Positions 51,001 to 60,215 of a stretch of 64,000 nucleotides of DNA are shown piece by piece. Position numbers and translations under genes: made by a program. The notes under the pieces are model-generated. The model did not search any database. It saw nothing but the letters and a program-made list of their open reading frames with translations, and was not told the DNA's origin. Position 1 is the stretch's first letter. Every line of letters begins with the position of its first letter. Origin of the DNA: a virus. The DNA lies in IMG/VR virus record IMGVR_UViG_3300032249_000925, positions 35,363-99,362 of that record; one strand, 5' to 3'.

Positions 51001-51729
51001 ATTAGTAGTTTTTAATAGTAGTGACACTTTATTAAAATAATAATCGCCCGCTGAAATATTAACACTAAAAACTTTAGGTGTAAGTTGATTTTCTAGATCA
51101 GTGGCATTAATAGTAAATGTATAAGTAGTATCATCCAATAAACTACCTACGCTCCCACTTAGTAATCCACCACTAGTAAGCGTTAAACCTGTAGGCAGCG
51201 TGCTGCCACTAGCAACAGAATAAACTACTGTACTATCACTAGTAGCTTGAAGCTGAATATTAACATTAATACCTGTAGAAAGTGGACTTGTAGTACTCCA
51301 AGTGGGACTTTGGCTGTAGCTTAGTGCACCTACTTTAATAGCTACACTACCATCAATTAACACTAAATATAAAACATAACTACCACCACTAAGTGGTGGT
51401 AGCTGTGCACGAACTTCTGTGCTGCTAATAAAAGTTACACTGCTAGCATAGCTATTGTTTACTAATACTTGGCAACCACTAGTAAATCCAGTACCAGTAA
51501 TTTTAATATAGCCGCCAGTAGAATCTAAAGAATTAGCACCTGTAGCTGTATAACTACTGTCTGTTATAGTTATACCAGTAATTTTTGGTATACCTGCACC
51601 AGTACTAATATCGCTTTGAGCTTTAATAATATCAGCATTTAAGTTAATAAAATTATTATCTACTTCTGTATTAGTTAGTGGCCTATTTAAAGCAGTGGCT
51701 CCTGTTTCTCTAGTTACAATTATTGCCAT
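48100..51729 (-). CDS. Tail fibre/adhesin: IPT/Ig-like domains, three LamG (concanavalin A-like) domains and a Gly-rich C-terminal domain
   Basis: Three (F/L)TIE.W...W.H.A..R units; VVGGGG..GGGGAGG domain. Confidence 0.88.
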   Translation of the reverse strand: MAIIVTRETGATALNRPLTNTEVDNNFINLNADIIKAQSDISTGAGIPKITGITITDSSYTATGANSLDSTGGYIKITGTGFTSGCQVLVNNSYASSVTFISSTEVRAQLPPLSGGSYVLYLVLIDGSVAIKVGALSYSQSPTWSTTSPLSTGINVNIQLQATSDSTVVYSVASGSTLPTGLTLTSGGLLSGSVGSLLDDTTYTFTINATDLENQLTPKVFSVNISAGDYYFNKVSLLLKTTNLTTQQNNTFLDSSTNNFSIARNGTPTQGSRTPYWPNGQWSNYFNGSGDYIQIGSTPGPITPLITAGAVLTIEAWVYPTSLRAGSLTYTFPCILGLGSTYFNFGVDNGLPKVYSYSSGGQNAVTSSTAVKVNTWSHIAAVFNGSGSNNLKIYVNGVLSATGTFSSLTWAAGSGGNNLYIGREESNPATSSWLGYISNLRIVNSATYTSNFTPSTTPLTPIANTTLLTCQSNRFRDNSSNNFTLTPTNTPQVQTFQPFFPADAYTPVLHGGSGYFNGSTDYLSAASNAALGVGSLDFTIETWVYFTDVTGFQVVFDARTAQPSQSPLVTLQNTSRFQYLWNGVSFVNFGPATLSPFTWYHVAVVRSAGVHTGYVNGVSYSLSTTDAAGVASASIIVGARTVGGAADYLKGYLSNFRMVEGTAVYTGAFTPPTLAPLATTGPASAASYSSTTNVNTSFAAANTSLLLNFTNAGIYDASAQNVISTQDNAQVNSVQYKWSPTSIKFDGSTDCLTIPANYTGQFGTSNFTIEFWQYYSNLAGYQTIMSTGYVGGAVAGGWLIQTGNGDGKINFYYQAPSGVLVAAETGTTVVAETWYYIAIVKSGSTTTIYRNGTAVGSGSDTRNYSANQVLSIGGGSNTGFNNYWFNGYIQDVRITKGINRTKVTTVPSREFPNQGSLPVPLSQTPTQTTSVEFLVVGGGGASGSNQLVDYLYYIAGGGGAGGFRQGNYTVSASTSYQVTVGEGGSSSSIAANRKGKDSQFHTIVSTGGGAGGEYGSSSTTGGSGGGQVTYNGPGSAGNTPAITPIAGETTTVQGYSGGSSPQFGEGGGGGGGGAGAEGIRGNGAGGTPGGNGGNGLTSSITGTSVYYAGGGGGSGYSAFDFNRGSGGLGGGGIGSYAASPGAPGTDGLGGGAGGGSRLAGGRGVVIIAYSNTISNLLSVTGTLTYTLDTDTRTGYRIYTFTSGSGTISW

Positions 51730-51795
51730 ATTAAAATCCTATATAGGCTTAAACTACTATTTTATTTAAAATACTATGGTTAATAGACTGCACTA

Positions 51796-54447
51796 TTACC
51801 TTGTTTGAAATGCTAAAGTTGGTGTTGTAATAGTGCGGGCTACGCCTCTAGTTATGCGAAGATCTTGGATGTAACCGTTTGTGTTATAACTGGTATCCCA
51901 ACCATAAGCAGTACTTATTCCCCCAATGGCAATTGGGCTTGAAGATGCCGTAATTGTTGGGGTTCCCTGAGCTTGCTGAACCCCGTTTATATAAATTTTT
52001 GTATTGTTTGTTGCAGTGCCAGACCTTACTACAGCAACATAATACCAAGTTCCAGTGGAAGTTATTACATTTCCAGTTGAAATAGTACTAAGTCCAACGC
52101 CGGCCCACAAAAACCTAATTGCTTGATTAAATTGAAAAATGGACCAACCTGCGCCAGTTGACCCATTCCAGTTTGTTTTGCCAACAATAAAAGCAAAACC
52201 AGGATCGCCGGGTCCGGTTGGCGTTAACGTGTTTGTATTAAACCAAAACTCAATCGTAAAGTCACCAGACGCCAAATCAAGCGCAACATTACTTGGGGCG
52301 TATAATAAATCCCCAGTCCCGTCAAATTTCACACTACTTAGCGGCCACTGTTTAATTGTGGTGTCGGTCTTAGCATCTGCAACCGTAATAAAATCGTTCT
52401 GCACGGCGGCGTCGTAGATTCCTGCGTTGGTCATGTTGAGCAGGAGACTGGTGTTTGTGACTGCCGTTACTGGTGCGGTTGGGACGGTAAGAGTTGTCAG
52501 CGTTGGATCGTAGACTGCGGTTCCTTTTACAACCCTAAAATTGCTCATGTACCCATTTAAATATCCGGCGGCGCTTCCAAAATATCTGTTAATAAATGCG
52601 CTTGAAAAGTCTGCCGTACTACTAAATGAGGCATTGGTTCCAACCCTAGAGCCGTTTACAAACATTGAAACAGTTGAGCCGCTTCTAACGCAAACAACGT
52701 GGTTCCACTGGTTATTTGGCAAAACTGTTGTGGCTGTTGTAATAATTGCGGAACCTACAAAAAGGCATAGACCCCTGTTTGAACCACTTGATTCGTAAAA
52801 TATAGAAGCTGGAGAGGTGTTAAAAAGACTTGGGTTGGATGCGCCACTTGCAAACGCACCGCTATACACCCAAAACTCAATTGTGAAATCAGCCGTTAAA
52901 GTTAATACCGAACTTGCGGGCAGAGTCAAATAATCCGTACTACCATTAAAGTACCCGCTCCCACCATACAGCGCAGTGGTGTACGATGCCGTTGGGGAGA
53001 ACGGTTGGAATGCTTGGACGGTTGGGGTTCCGTTTACTGTGAGCGCGAAATTGTTGGTGCTGTTGTCGCAAAAACGGTTGGATTGACAAGTGAGTAGTGA
53101 TGTATTGGTAATTGCTGTTAGCGGAGTTGTTGGCGGAGTAAATGCCGTAGTGTAGACAGCAGTACCTTTTACGTATCTAAAGTTACTAATATATCCGTTC
53201 CACAATCCATAGACAGCATGCGAATACGAACCTATAGTTGGAGTATAAGAGACGTTTGTTAAATCTGTGGTATTACTAGTCGGCGTTCCAGAAACGCCAT
53301 TTACAAAAACACGAACAATTCCGCTTAATCTAGTAACAGCAATATGATACCAAGTATTTGTGTTGATAGCTGTTGAGTTACCAATTCCTGTGCCAGCTCC
53401 ACCTGAAGTTGCTGTAAAACCAACTCCAGTAGGTCCAAAATTAAGAACAAAATAGTTGTGACCACTTGCTGATTGAGAATAAATCCAGTTACCTTGAGCA
53501 ACATTATGTGCTATAACATAAATCCAACACTCTACAGTAAAATCACTAGTGCCCGGGGCAAACGCTGTATTTGGAGAAAGCTGAAAATAACTACTGCCAT
53601 TTAAATAATTACTCCACTGCCCAACAGGCCAATACGGAGTGATTGAACCCTGCGTCGGTGTGCCGTTGCGCGCGATAGTAAAATTGTTTGTTGAAGAATC
53701 TAAAAACGTGTTGTTTTGTTGACCATTAGTGCTGCCTGTATTTAACAACAATGAAACATAGGAAAAGTAGGGGTCTTTAACAGTAATAGTAATACTAAAT
53801 GTTCTAGGACTGTCTTGATTTTCTAAGTCGACGGCATTAATGGTAAAATTATATGTAGTGTCTACTGTCGGCTCAGTAACAGTACCTGACAACAGCCCGC
53901 TGTTACTTAAACTTAAACCAGTCGGCAGCGTACTACCAGCAGCTAAAGAATAAGTTATAGTGGTGTCGCTGACAGCAGCCAACTGTATGTTAATAGTTAT
54001 ACCACTAGTGCCAAGAGTGCTGCTAGTAGTCCAAGTTGGTGTAGCACTAAAAGTTATGCCGTTAACACGAATAGCTACGCTGCCGTCTGTGGCTACTACA
54101 TACACAACATAAGTACCAGCTGCAGTAGCTGGTACTTGTGCTCGTAATTCAGTGCTGCTAACAAAACTAACACTAGTTGCAGCTACAGTTCCTATTAATA
54201 CCTGACTGCCACTAGTAAACCCTGTGCCTGTAATCTTAATATAACCACCGCTAGTAGTTACTGCGGTATCATCTAGTACTGCATAGCTGCTATCAGTTAC
54301 AACTATACCAGTAATTTTAGGTACAGTAATAGCGCTAATAGCACTAATAGCAGCATCAAGATTAATAAAGTTATTATCAAGTTCGCTAATAGTTAGAGGA
54401 CGACTAACAGCGCTCGCCCCAGTATCTCTTGTGACAATAGTTGCCAT
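51796..54447 (-). CDS. Tail fibre/adhesin paralog with three LamG domains
   Basis: Colinear with 48100-51729 but lacks the Gly-rich tail. Confidence 0.88.
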   Translation of the reverse strand: MATIVTRDTGASAVSRPLTISELDNNFINLDAAISAISAITVPKITGIVVTDSSYAVLDDTAVTTSGGYIKITGTGFTSGSQVLIGTVAATSVSFVSSTELRAQVPATAAGTYVVYVVATDGSVAIRVNGITFSATPTWTTSSTLGTSGITINIQLAAVSDTTITYSLAAGSTLPTGLSLSNSGLLSGTVTEPTVDTTYNFTINAVDLENQDSPRTFSITITVKDPYFSYVSLLLNTGSTNGQQNNTFLDSSTNNFTIARNGTPTQGSITPYWPVGQWSNYLNGSSYFQLSPNTAFAPGTSDFTVECWIYVIAHNVAQGNWIYSQSASGHNYFVLNFGPTGVGFTATSGGAGTGIGNSTAINTNTWYHIAVTRLSGIVRVFVNGVSGTPTSNTTDLTNVSYTPTIGSYSHAVYGLWNGYISNFRYVKGTAVYTTAFTPPTTPLTAITNTSLLTCQSNRFCDNSTNNFALTVNGTPTVQAFQPFSPTASYTTALYGGSGYFNGSTDYLTLPASSVLTLTADFTIEFWVYSGAFASGASNPSLFNTSPASIFYESSGSNRGLCLFVGSAIITTATTVLPNNQWNHVVCVRSGSTVSMFVNGSRVGTNASFSSTADFSSAFINRYFGSAAGYLNGYMSNFRVVKGTAVYDPTLTTLTVPTAPVTAVTNTSLLLNMTNAGIYDAAVQNDFITVADAKTDTTIKQWPLSSVKFDGTGDLLYAPSNVALDLASGDFTIEFWFNTNTLTPTGPGDPGFAFIVGKTNWNGSTGAGWSIFQFNQAIRFLWAGVGLSTISTGNVITSTGTWYYVAVVRSGTATNNTKIYINGVQQAQGTPTITASSSPIAIGGISTAYGWDTSYNTNGYIQDLRITRGVARTITTPTLAFQTR

Positions 54448-54466
54448 AATCGCCCACTAATTAAAT

Positions 54467-54919
54467 TTAAGCTACTGTAACCTTCCAGGTAACTACTAGT
54501 GTATCTAATGCACCTTTATTAATAACTGCAAATACTGTGCGGCAAAGCATAGCTCCAGCACTACTTGCATTAAACAGACCAGCTTCAGTAAGTGGTCCAC
54601 TACCACTACCAGGAGCAAATGTAGCAACATATTGAACTGTGTCATTTGTTACTGCTGTAGTAGTAATAGAAGTACTGTCTAAAGCTACTCTAGCTAGTTC
54701 ACTGCCTAAAATAGCATCTGGTTTAAGAGCTGTAGCTGTTCCCTGACCTACTGCCATATGGCTCATTGCAGTTGAGCTGCTGTCTTTAATTCTGCTAGCA
54801 ATATAAGCTAAGCCATTATTTACTACTAAATTTTCTTCTTTTCTTAGTGTAACATTGCCTTGGGAATCTATTAGTTTTAGTTCTAATGTGCCCTTGGCTT
54901 TTAATAAATCATTTAACAT
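54467..54919 (-). CDS. Tail/baseplate structural protein
   Basis: NLVVNNG, MAVGQG, ELARV, TEAGLFNA, INKG..DTL.VTW. Confidence 0.75.
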   Translation of the reverse strand: MLNDLLKAKGTLELKLIDSQGNVTLRKEENLVVNNGLAYIASRIKDSSSTAMSHMAVGQGTATALKPDAILGSELARVALDSTSITTTAVTNDTVQYVATFAPGSGSGPLTEAGLFNASSAGAMLCRTVFAVINKGALDTLVVTWKVTVA

Positions 54920-54945
54920 TTTAAATCCTTTTTAAAATAATTAGG

Positions 54946-57900
54946 TTAACCAGCAATAATTTCAATGCCAGAATACCTTGCGCTTACATAACCACTACTT
55001 AAATATCTTATACCGCTTGCATAAGCATCTGAATTAATTACAGCATAAGAAACAATATTACTTAAATCTGTAAATAGAACGCTAGACTGTGTAATTACTA
55101 TGCCTGCATAATCTTCTACAGCATAGTCTTCAAGTGCATAGTCTTGTTGTCTAAAAGTTATATTTTCTTGTACAAAAGATACTTGATCTTCTAAAGCTTT
55201 AATTTTTGATGATAAGAATTTATCATAGCTAAAAAGCTCTGTGCTAGTAAAACTATCGGCGAATTCAGTACTGTACACAAAACCTAATATATCTTGAATT
55301 ATACCTTGGTCTGCTAAATTAAAATATGCGCTGTATATTAAACTTGTACCCCCAATACCATCAGTGCTATCTATTAGTGCCTTATTAATACTAACGTACT
55401 CATCATCACCTAAAGTAGCTGTGCCGTAATAATCGTCTGTGATATTTATGGTATCAAACAGATCTTTAACACGTGTAATATCAAGGGTTTCTATAATAGA
55501 AGCATAGCTATTAATATTAACAGTATTATAGTTAAATGTTATACCAGCATAATCTTCTATGGCATAGTCTTCAAGTGCATAATCTTGTTGTCTAAAGTTT
55601 ATAGCTTCTTTTACAAGTGATATTTGTTCTATAAAGTTTTTAATATCTTTTGCTTCTAGTTTAATATAGGTAAAAAACTCTGAGCTAGTAAAACTATCGG
55701 CGAATTCAGTACTGTACACAAAACCTAATATATCTTGAATTATACCTTGATCCGCTAAATTAAAATATGCGCTGTATATTAAACTTGTACCCCCAATACT
55801 ACTAGTATCTATAATAACGTTATTGATACTAGCATATGCACTGTCTGCAACAACTAAAGTATCAAATAAGTCGTCTTTAACACGTGTAATATCAAGAGTT
55901 TCTATAATAGAAGCATAGGTAGTAATATTAACATTATTATAGTTAAAAACTATACCTAAATAATCATCTTTAATATAATCGCTTAAAAAGTAATTTTGCT
56001 TATTAAGCTTAAATTTAGTAGTTTCAAGATTATTTGCTAACAATAGCTCTTTAATAAGTTTTCTTGTTCCCTTAAACTGATGATCGTATACAAAATCCTC
56101 TGTGGCAATTAAGCTATCTTGTAAGTTAGTTGTAACAAATGCAGATAAAATTTCACTAGAATTTATTAAGTCAATTAAGGTATTACCAACTAAAACTGAA
56201 AATACTTCTTGTTGTGAGTTAATTGTCTCCAACAATACTTTATAGGGAGTTAATGGATTAGTATCTTGAACATTGCTTAATGTATCCTGTAGATTAGCAC
56301 TAGATAAAAAGCCTAAATCATCACTAGTAATTGCTAAGTCTAGTAAAACATTAAATATATCATAAACCATTGTTGTGCTTATGATGCCATCAGTACTGTC
56401 TATTAGTGCCTTATTAATACTAACGTATTCATCGTCGCCTAAAGTAGCCGCACCGTAATAATCGTCTGTGATATTTACAGTAGTAAACAGATCTTTAACG
56501 CGTATAATTTTAAAATCGTCAGTAATTATGCTATTTTCATCTGGAGCATATACGCGTATATAATTTTCTATTATTTCTGTAGCACTATACAGTTGAGGGT
56601 CGAGAATCTTTTCTACTCTAGTAAATAAGTTATCTAATAAAAAATAATTACTAGTAGCTGGTTTTTCATACTGTTTATAAGTTTTTTCATCCGGCAATAA
56701 TTGCTCTGGATCGTTTTCACGTTTATATAAAAAGTAAGGATCTGACTCTATTATACTAGTATTTTCAAGAGGTACATTAAGTAGGTACTTAATAATACTT
56801 ACATCACTAGCTAAATATCTATCATCATCTAGTTTAGTGTCAACAAAGAATTTTATAGGATCTAATGTTATGCCTATGTCTTGTAGTACTAAACCTATAT
56901 TAAAATAAATTGGTTCGTCTGTAACTTTATTAGAATCACTAATAGTTATTTTAAATAGTAGTTCTACTAAATCTGTATTATTTATTAGGTCTAGATCAAC
57001 AAACTTATTAAGATAATTTATAATAAAATCGTCAGTTGCTGTAGAATCTACTAATACACTATCAATATTAAAATAGTAATCACTATCGTTAAAAGCAATA
57101 AGATCTCTTACGTCTTTATTAACATTAGCATACTGATCATCATCTATATTACTTATGCCGTAAAAATCATCAGTAGTATAGAAAGAATCATAAAAGTTAT
57201 AGATAAATGTAAATGCTGGATCTGCAGTAACAGTTACGCTATCTAGTAAAACTTTATTAAAGTCTACAAAATTAAACTCAGTAGTTAAAACGTTATCTTC
57301 AGCAAGTTTAATAAATAACAATTCATTAAAATCACTTTGACTAACTGTTTCACTTCTAGGTTTTCTTACTAGAAAGCTAATTAGATCTAAGTTTTTTAAG
57401 TTAGTTAGTTCATTAACCGGTTTGCGTATTAATAAACTAAATACAGAATCAGTGTTAACAGTGTCTAGTCTTTCTAATAAGTATTCTAATAATACTTCGT
57501 CATTAACTAAATACTTGTCTGTAAAATCGCGTTTCCAAGTAAATCTAATATAGTCACTATCAGTAATTACTTTGTCTAATTTAACAAGTTGAGGTTTTGT
57601 TATTATCTTATCAATAGGACCAATTGGATCTATATAACTAGTATAAATTGCTAGTTTAAATTCAGGGTCATCAATATAACTAGTATCTTGATACTCACGT
57701 TTATAATCTATAGATAGTAAAATACTTTCTGTTACTTTTGGACTGTCTTGTAGCTGTTTAAGTATAAATAGTGACTGTACAACACTAATAAACTGATCTT
57801 CAAAAAATCGTCGAAATACTCCTAGTAAAGGCGTTACTATAGTACTTTCAACGCCAGGAATTACTACATTAAGATTGCCTTCTGGAACTTTAGTAGTAAA

Positions 57901-58053
57901 ACCATTTTCGCTATAAGTAACTACTGCAAAAGGTAAAGTATAGTTACTAACTGTACCAGGAATAATAGTACCATTACTACTAATTTGTGGAATAGATACA
58001 CCAACACTAACTCCTGGAATAGTATAACTTGTAGTTATTGGTGTAGTTGCCAT
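54946..58053 (-). CDS. Large acidic repetitive virion protein
   Basis: Asp/Thr/Ile-rich short repeats; internal duplications. Confidence 0.7.
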   Translation of the reverse strand: MATTPITTSYTIPGVSVGVSIPQISSNGTIIPGTVSNYTLPFAVVTYSENGFTTKVPEGNLNVVIPGVESTIVTPLLGVFRRFFEDQFISVVQSLFILKQLQDSPKVTESILLSIDYKREYQDTSYIDDPEFKLAIYTSYIDPIGPIDKIITKPQLVKLDKVITDSDYIRFTWKRDFTDKYLVNDEVLLEYLLERLDTVNTDSVFSLLIRKPVNELTNLKNLDLISFLVRKPRSETVSQSDFNELLFIKLAEDNVLTTEFNFVDFNKVLLDSVTVTADPAFTFIYNFYDSFYTTDDFYGISNIDDDQYANVNKDVRDLIAFNDSDYYFNIDSVLVDSTATDDFIINYLNKFVDLDLINNTDLVELLFKITISDSNKVTDEPIYFNIGLVLQDIGITLDPIKFFVDTKLDDDRYLASDVSIIKYLLNVPLENTSIIESDPYFLYKRENDPEQLLPDEKTYKQYEKPATSNYFLLDNLFTRVEKILDPQLYSATEIIENYIRVYAPDENSIITDDFKIIRVKDLFTTVNITDDYYGAATLGDDEYVSINKALIDSTDGIISTTMVYDIFNVLLDLAITSDDLGFLSSANLQDTLSNVQDTNPLTPYKVLLETINSQQEVFSVLVGNTLIDLINSSEILSAFVTTNLQDSLIATEDFVYDHQFKGTRKLIKELLLANNLETTKFKLNKQNYFLSDYIKDDYLGIVFNYNNVNITTYASIIETLDITRVKDDLFDTLVVADSAYASINNVIIDTSSIGGTSLIYSAYFNLADQGIIQDILGFVYSTEFADSFTSSEFFTYIKLEAKDIKNFIEQISLVKEAINFRQQDYALEDYAIEDYAGITFNYNTVNINSYASIIETLDITRVKDLFDTINITDDYYGTATLGDDEYVSINKALIDSTDGIGGTSLIYSAYFNLADQGIIQDILGFVYSTEFADSFTSTELFSYDKFLSSKIKALEDQVSFVQENITFRQQDYALEDYAVEDYAGIVITQSSVLFTDLSNIVSYAVINSDAYASGIRYLSSGYVSARYSGIEIIAG
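55243..55799. repeat. Near-identical direct repeat (55243-55358 and 55684-55799) inside the acidic protein gene
   Basis: 116-nt copies 441 nt apart; further partial copies near 55370-55470 and 56400-56500. Confidence 0.85.
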
Positions 58054-58065
58054 AAAACTCTCTTA

Positions 58066-58689
58066 TTACGCAGTTTGGAACAATAAGTCCGTTACTTGAT
58101 CAGTAGGACTAAACATTAGTTGAATCATACCTCTAATAGGTTTAAAAGTTCTACTAAATACTGCACTAGGCGGCTCAGTAACACGTAATTCAAAGAATCC
58201 ATATACATCACTGTTTGCACTAGGTTGTACTTTCCAAGTTGTGCCTAAATTACCGGGAAATTGTACATAGATTTTATTTAATACAGTTTCTGACCAACGT
58301 ACAGGATCAAAAGTAGGATCTTGGAGACTTGTATAAGCAAAACCATAATTTAATTTATAGTACTTATCATTAAATTTTACTATTTCTTCTACATTATACA
58401 CTCCAGTAGGTGACCAAACACCAACATAAGTAGGTATTCTTACAAACAATCTAGTAAAAGCTCCGCCGGGTTCTACTGCCTTAGGTTTATCTGATTGATC
58501 AGGAGCATTAGCTGCTTCAATAACAACAGCTTCATAAATATAGTTACCGCTGGGTTTTAGTGTAGCATCAAAAATAAAGTTTAAAGTAATAGGAAACTCT
58601 AACTGTTCGCCACGCACCATTGACCATAGTATTGATCCAGCATCGCTAATTATATCTAAGCTAGTATTTGTTAATCTTGATCGTGCCAT
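58066..58689 (-). CDS. Virion-associated hypothetical protein
   Basis: W.PTGVYNVEEIVKFNDKYY short carbohydrate-binding-like motif. Confidence 0.6.
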   Translation of the reverse strand: MARSRLTNTSLDIISDAGSILWSMVRGEQLEFPITLNFIFDATLKPSGNYIYEAVVIEAANAPDQSDKPKAVEPGGAFTRLFVRIPTYVGVWSPTGVYNVEEIVKFNDKYYKLNYGFAYTSLQDPTFDPVRWSETVLNKIYVQFPGNLGTTWKVQPSANSDVYGFFELRVTEPPSAVFSRTFKPIRGMIQLMFSPTDQVTDLLFQTA

Positions 58690-59033
58690 GAGGTTTCCTT
58701 TAGTTTAACTATAGAAAGGTCTTTTAATTTACTAATCTCAGCAGTTAGTTTTACAATTTCAGCATGTAATGCTTGATTTTCTACAGTTAGGGTTCTTAAT
58801 TGTTGATTTAATTCAATTACTTCGGTTTGTAGTTTACCTAATTCTTCACTTAGTTTAGAGTTTTGCTGACTCATACGCTCTAATTCAGTGTGCATAATTG
58901 TAATAATATGCGACTCTGTTTTATCGGTTTTAAATAGAGTAAAAAATTTTTGTAATAAAAAAGCTAATGCTACTAATCCGCCAGTACCTGCAATAAGTAT
59001 TTGTAGTATTGAGTTAGTTTCTTCTGGATTCAC
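58671..59033 (-). CDS. TM plus coiled-coil protein
   Basis: Hydrophobic N-terminus, heptad repeat; AGGAG RBS with GTG start. Confidence 0.65.
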   Translation of the reverse strand: MNPEETNSILQILIAGTGGLVALAFLLQKFFTLFKTDKTESHIITIMHTELERMSQQNSKLSEELGKLQTEVIELNQQLRTLTVENQALHAEIVKLTAEISKLKDLSIVKLKETSWHDQD

Positions 59034-59079
59034 TATTAGCTCCTACAAGAAAGTTACGTTAAATTAATAATTTTGTTCT

Positions 59080-59108
59080 ATTATATCATAGCACCATATA
59101 AGTGTCAA
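59080..59108 (-). promoter_or_regulatory. Consensus sigma70 promoter driving the leftward structural/lysis block
   Basis: TTGACA-17 bp-TATAAT on the minus strand. Confidence 0.85.
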
Positions 59109-59111
59109 TAT

Positions 59112-59144
59112 AAAAAAATACCTACCCCATTGGAGTAGGTATTT
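59112..59144 (-). terminator. Rho-independent terminator
   Basis: AAATACCTAC/GTAGGTATTT stem with a T tract on the minus strand. Confidence 0.75.
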
Positions 59145-59147
59145 AAC

Positions 59148-59576
59148 TTAAACAGGTTTTGTAGGCCACTCTATTGTATTAGGATAGCCTGGTTGTGCGT
59201 CTATATCTCGTAATTTTTGTCTGTAGGTTTGCCAGTCTTTGGGAATTGGTACGCCTTGGTCCAATGCTCTAATAACAATCCAATCAGATTCTCTTAATAA
59301 TCTTTGTTGTAGTTTTTTAATTTTTAAAAGCATTAATCCTTCAGAAAGTTCCCACTGTTTTGAATCTGGGTCCCACATATGATTAGAACTAGGTTGTGGT
59401 GGTATAGTAACTATAGAATTATCTTGTATATAGTAATCACTATTTTCAGGTAAACCATCTGCTAATTTTGCACCTATATCTTCTGATAACATATGTGTAA
59501 TATCTTCTAGATTACAGTCTTTCATTACCTGTATAAGTTGTCCTGTTTTTTTATTATAAAGTATATAAGTATTCAT
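59148..59576 (-). CDS. Tail fibre assembly chaperone
   Basis: LLRESDW...WQTYRQKLRDI..QPGYP..IEWPTKP. Confidence 0.88.
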   Translation of the reverse strand: MNTYILYNKKTGQLIQVMKDCNLEDITHMLSEDIGAKLADGLPENSDYYIQDNSIVTIPPQPSSNHMWDPDSKQWELSEGLMLLKIKKLQQRLLRESDWIVIRALDQGVPIPKDWQTYRQKLRDIDAQPGYPNTIEWPTKPV

Positions 59577-59629
59577 TTTTAAAATATGTATATTTGTACA
59601 AGGTCAATAAAATATTGATTAATTAAGAC

Positions 59630-60157
59630 TTATTTAATTGTTAATGTAGCATTGTGTGTCCAAATCCAACGATCTGGTTCATCACCAGCAGCATAACATT
59701 GATTATCACAAAAGATAGTTGCTACTTCTCCTCGACCTGCATCAATGATTTCTACAATTTCTTCCCAACGGAAACCATACTTGTAATCTTGTACAGGTAA
59801 TAAATTACCTACGGCCTCAGTGCTGTTGATACAAGATCCATCTTGCAATGTAAGTGGTGTATTATCCGAACAAGTTAGTTTAATTCCAGAACTAGATACT
59901 AAAGTTAATAGTTTTTGTTCACTAATTCTATTAGATATTACGTTGCCAGTTACTATGCCTTTACGGTTTGGAGATAATAGTAATAATGGATCTCCTGCTG
60001 TCATTGTACCAGCTAACTTATTATAAGGCATATAGGCATTTACCGAAACGCTACTTCCAGTTGTTGCAATTTTCATTATATATGCTAATGCATAGTAAGG
60101 TGACAAATTTTGATTAGTGCCACTAACACCTGTAGAGTCAGTAGTAATAGTGCTCAT
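59630..60157 (-). CDS. Tail-collar C-terminal strand fused to a Hint (intein-like) domain
   Basis: Starts STGVSGTNQNLSPYYALAYIMK; LTCSDNTPL block B-like; ends WTHN-A. Confidence 0.75.
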   Translation of the reverse strand: MSTITTDSTGVSGTNQNLSPYYALAYIMKIATTGSSVSVNAYMPYNKLAGTMTAGDPLLLLSPNRKGIVTGNVISNRISEQKLLTLVSSSGIKLTCSDNTPLTLQDGSCINSTEAVGNLLPVQDYKYGFRWEEIVEIIDAGRGEVATIFCDNQCYAAGDEPDRWIWTHNATLTIK

Positions 60158-60215
60158 GTTTTTTCTCCAATCAGTGGATTTTTATTTTCTAACAGCATAT
60201 TTAAAATTTTATCTT

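Noticed and set aside
55243-56500. Repeats as a CRISPR array or DGR template/variable pair
   Set aside because: In-frame coding duplications; no spacer periodicity, no evident adenine-specific variation and no reverse transcriptase in the window
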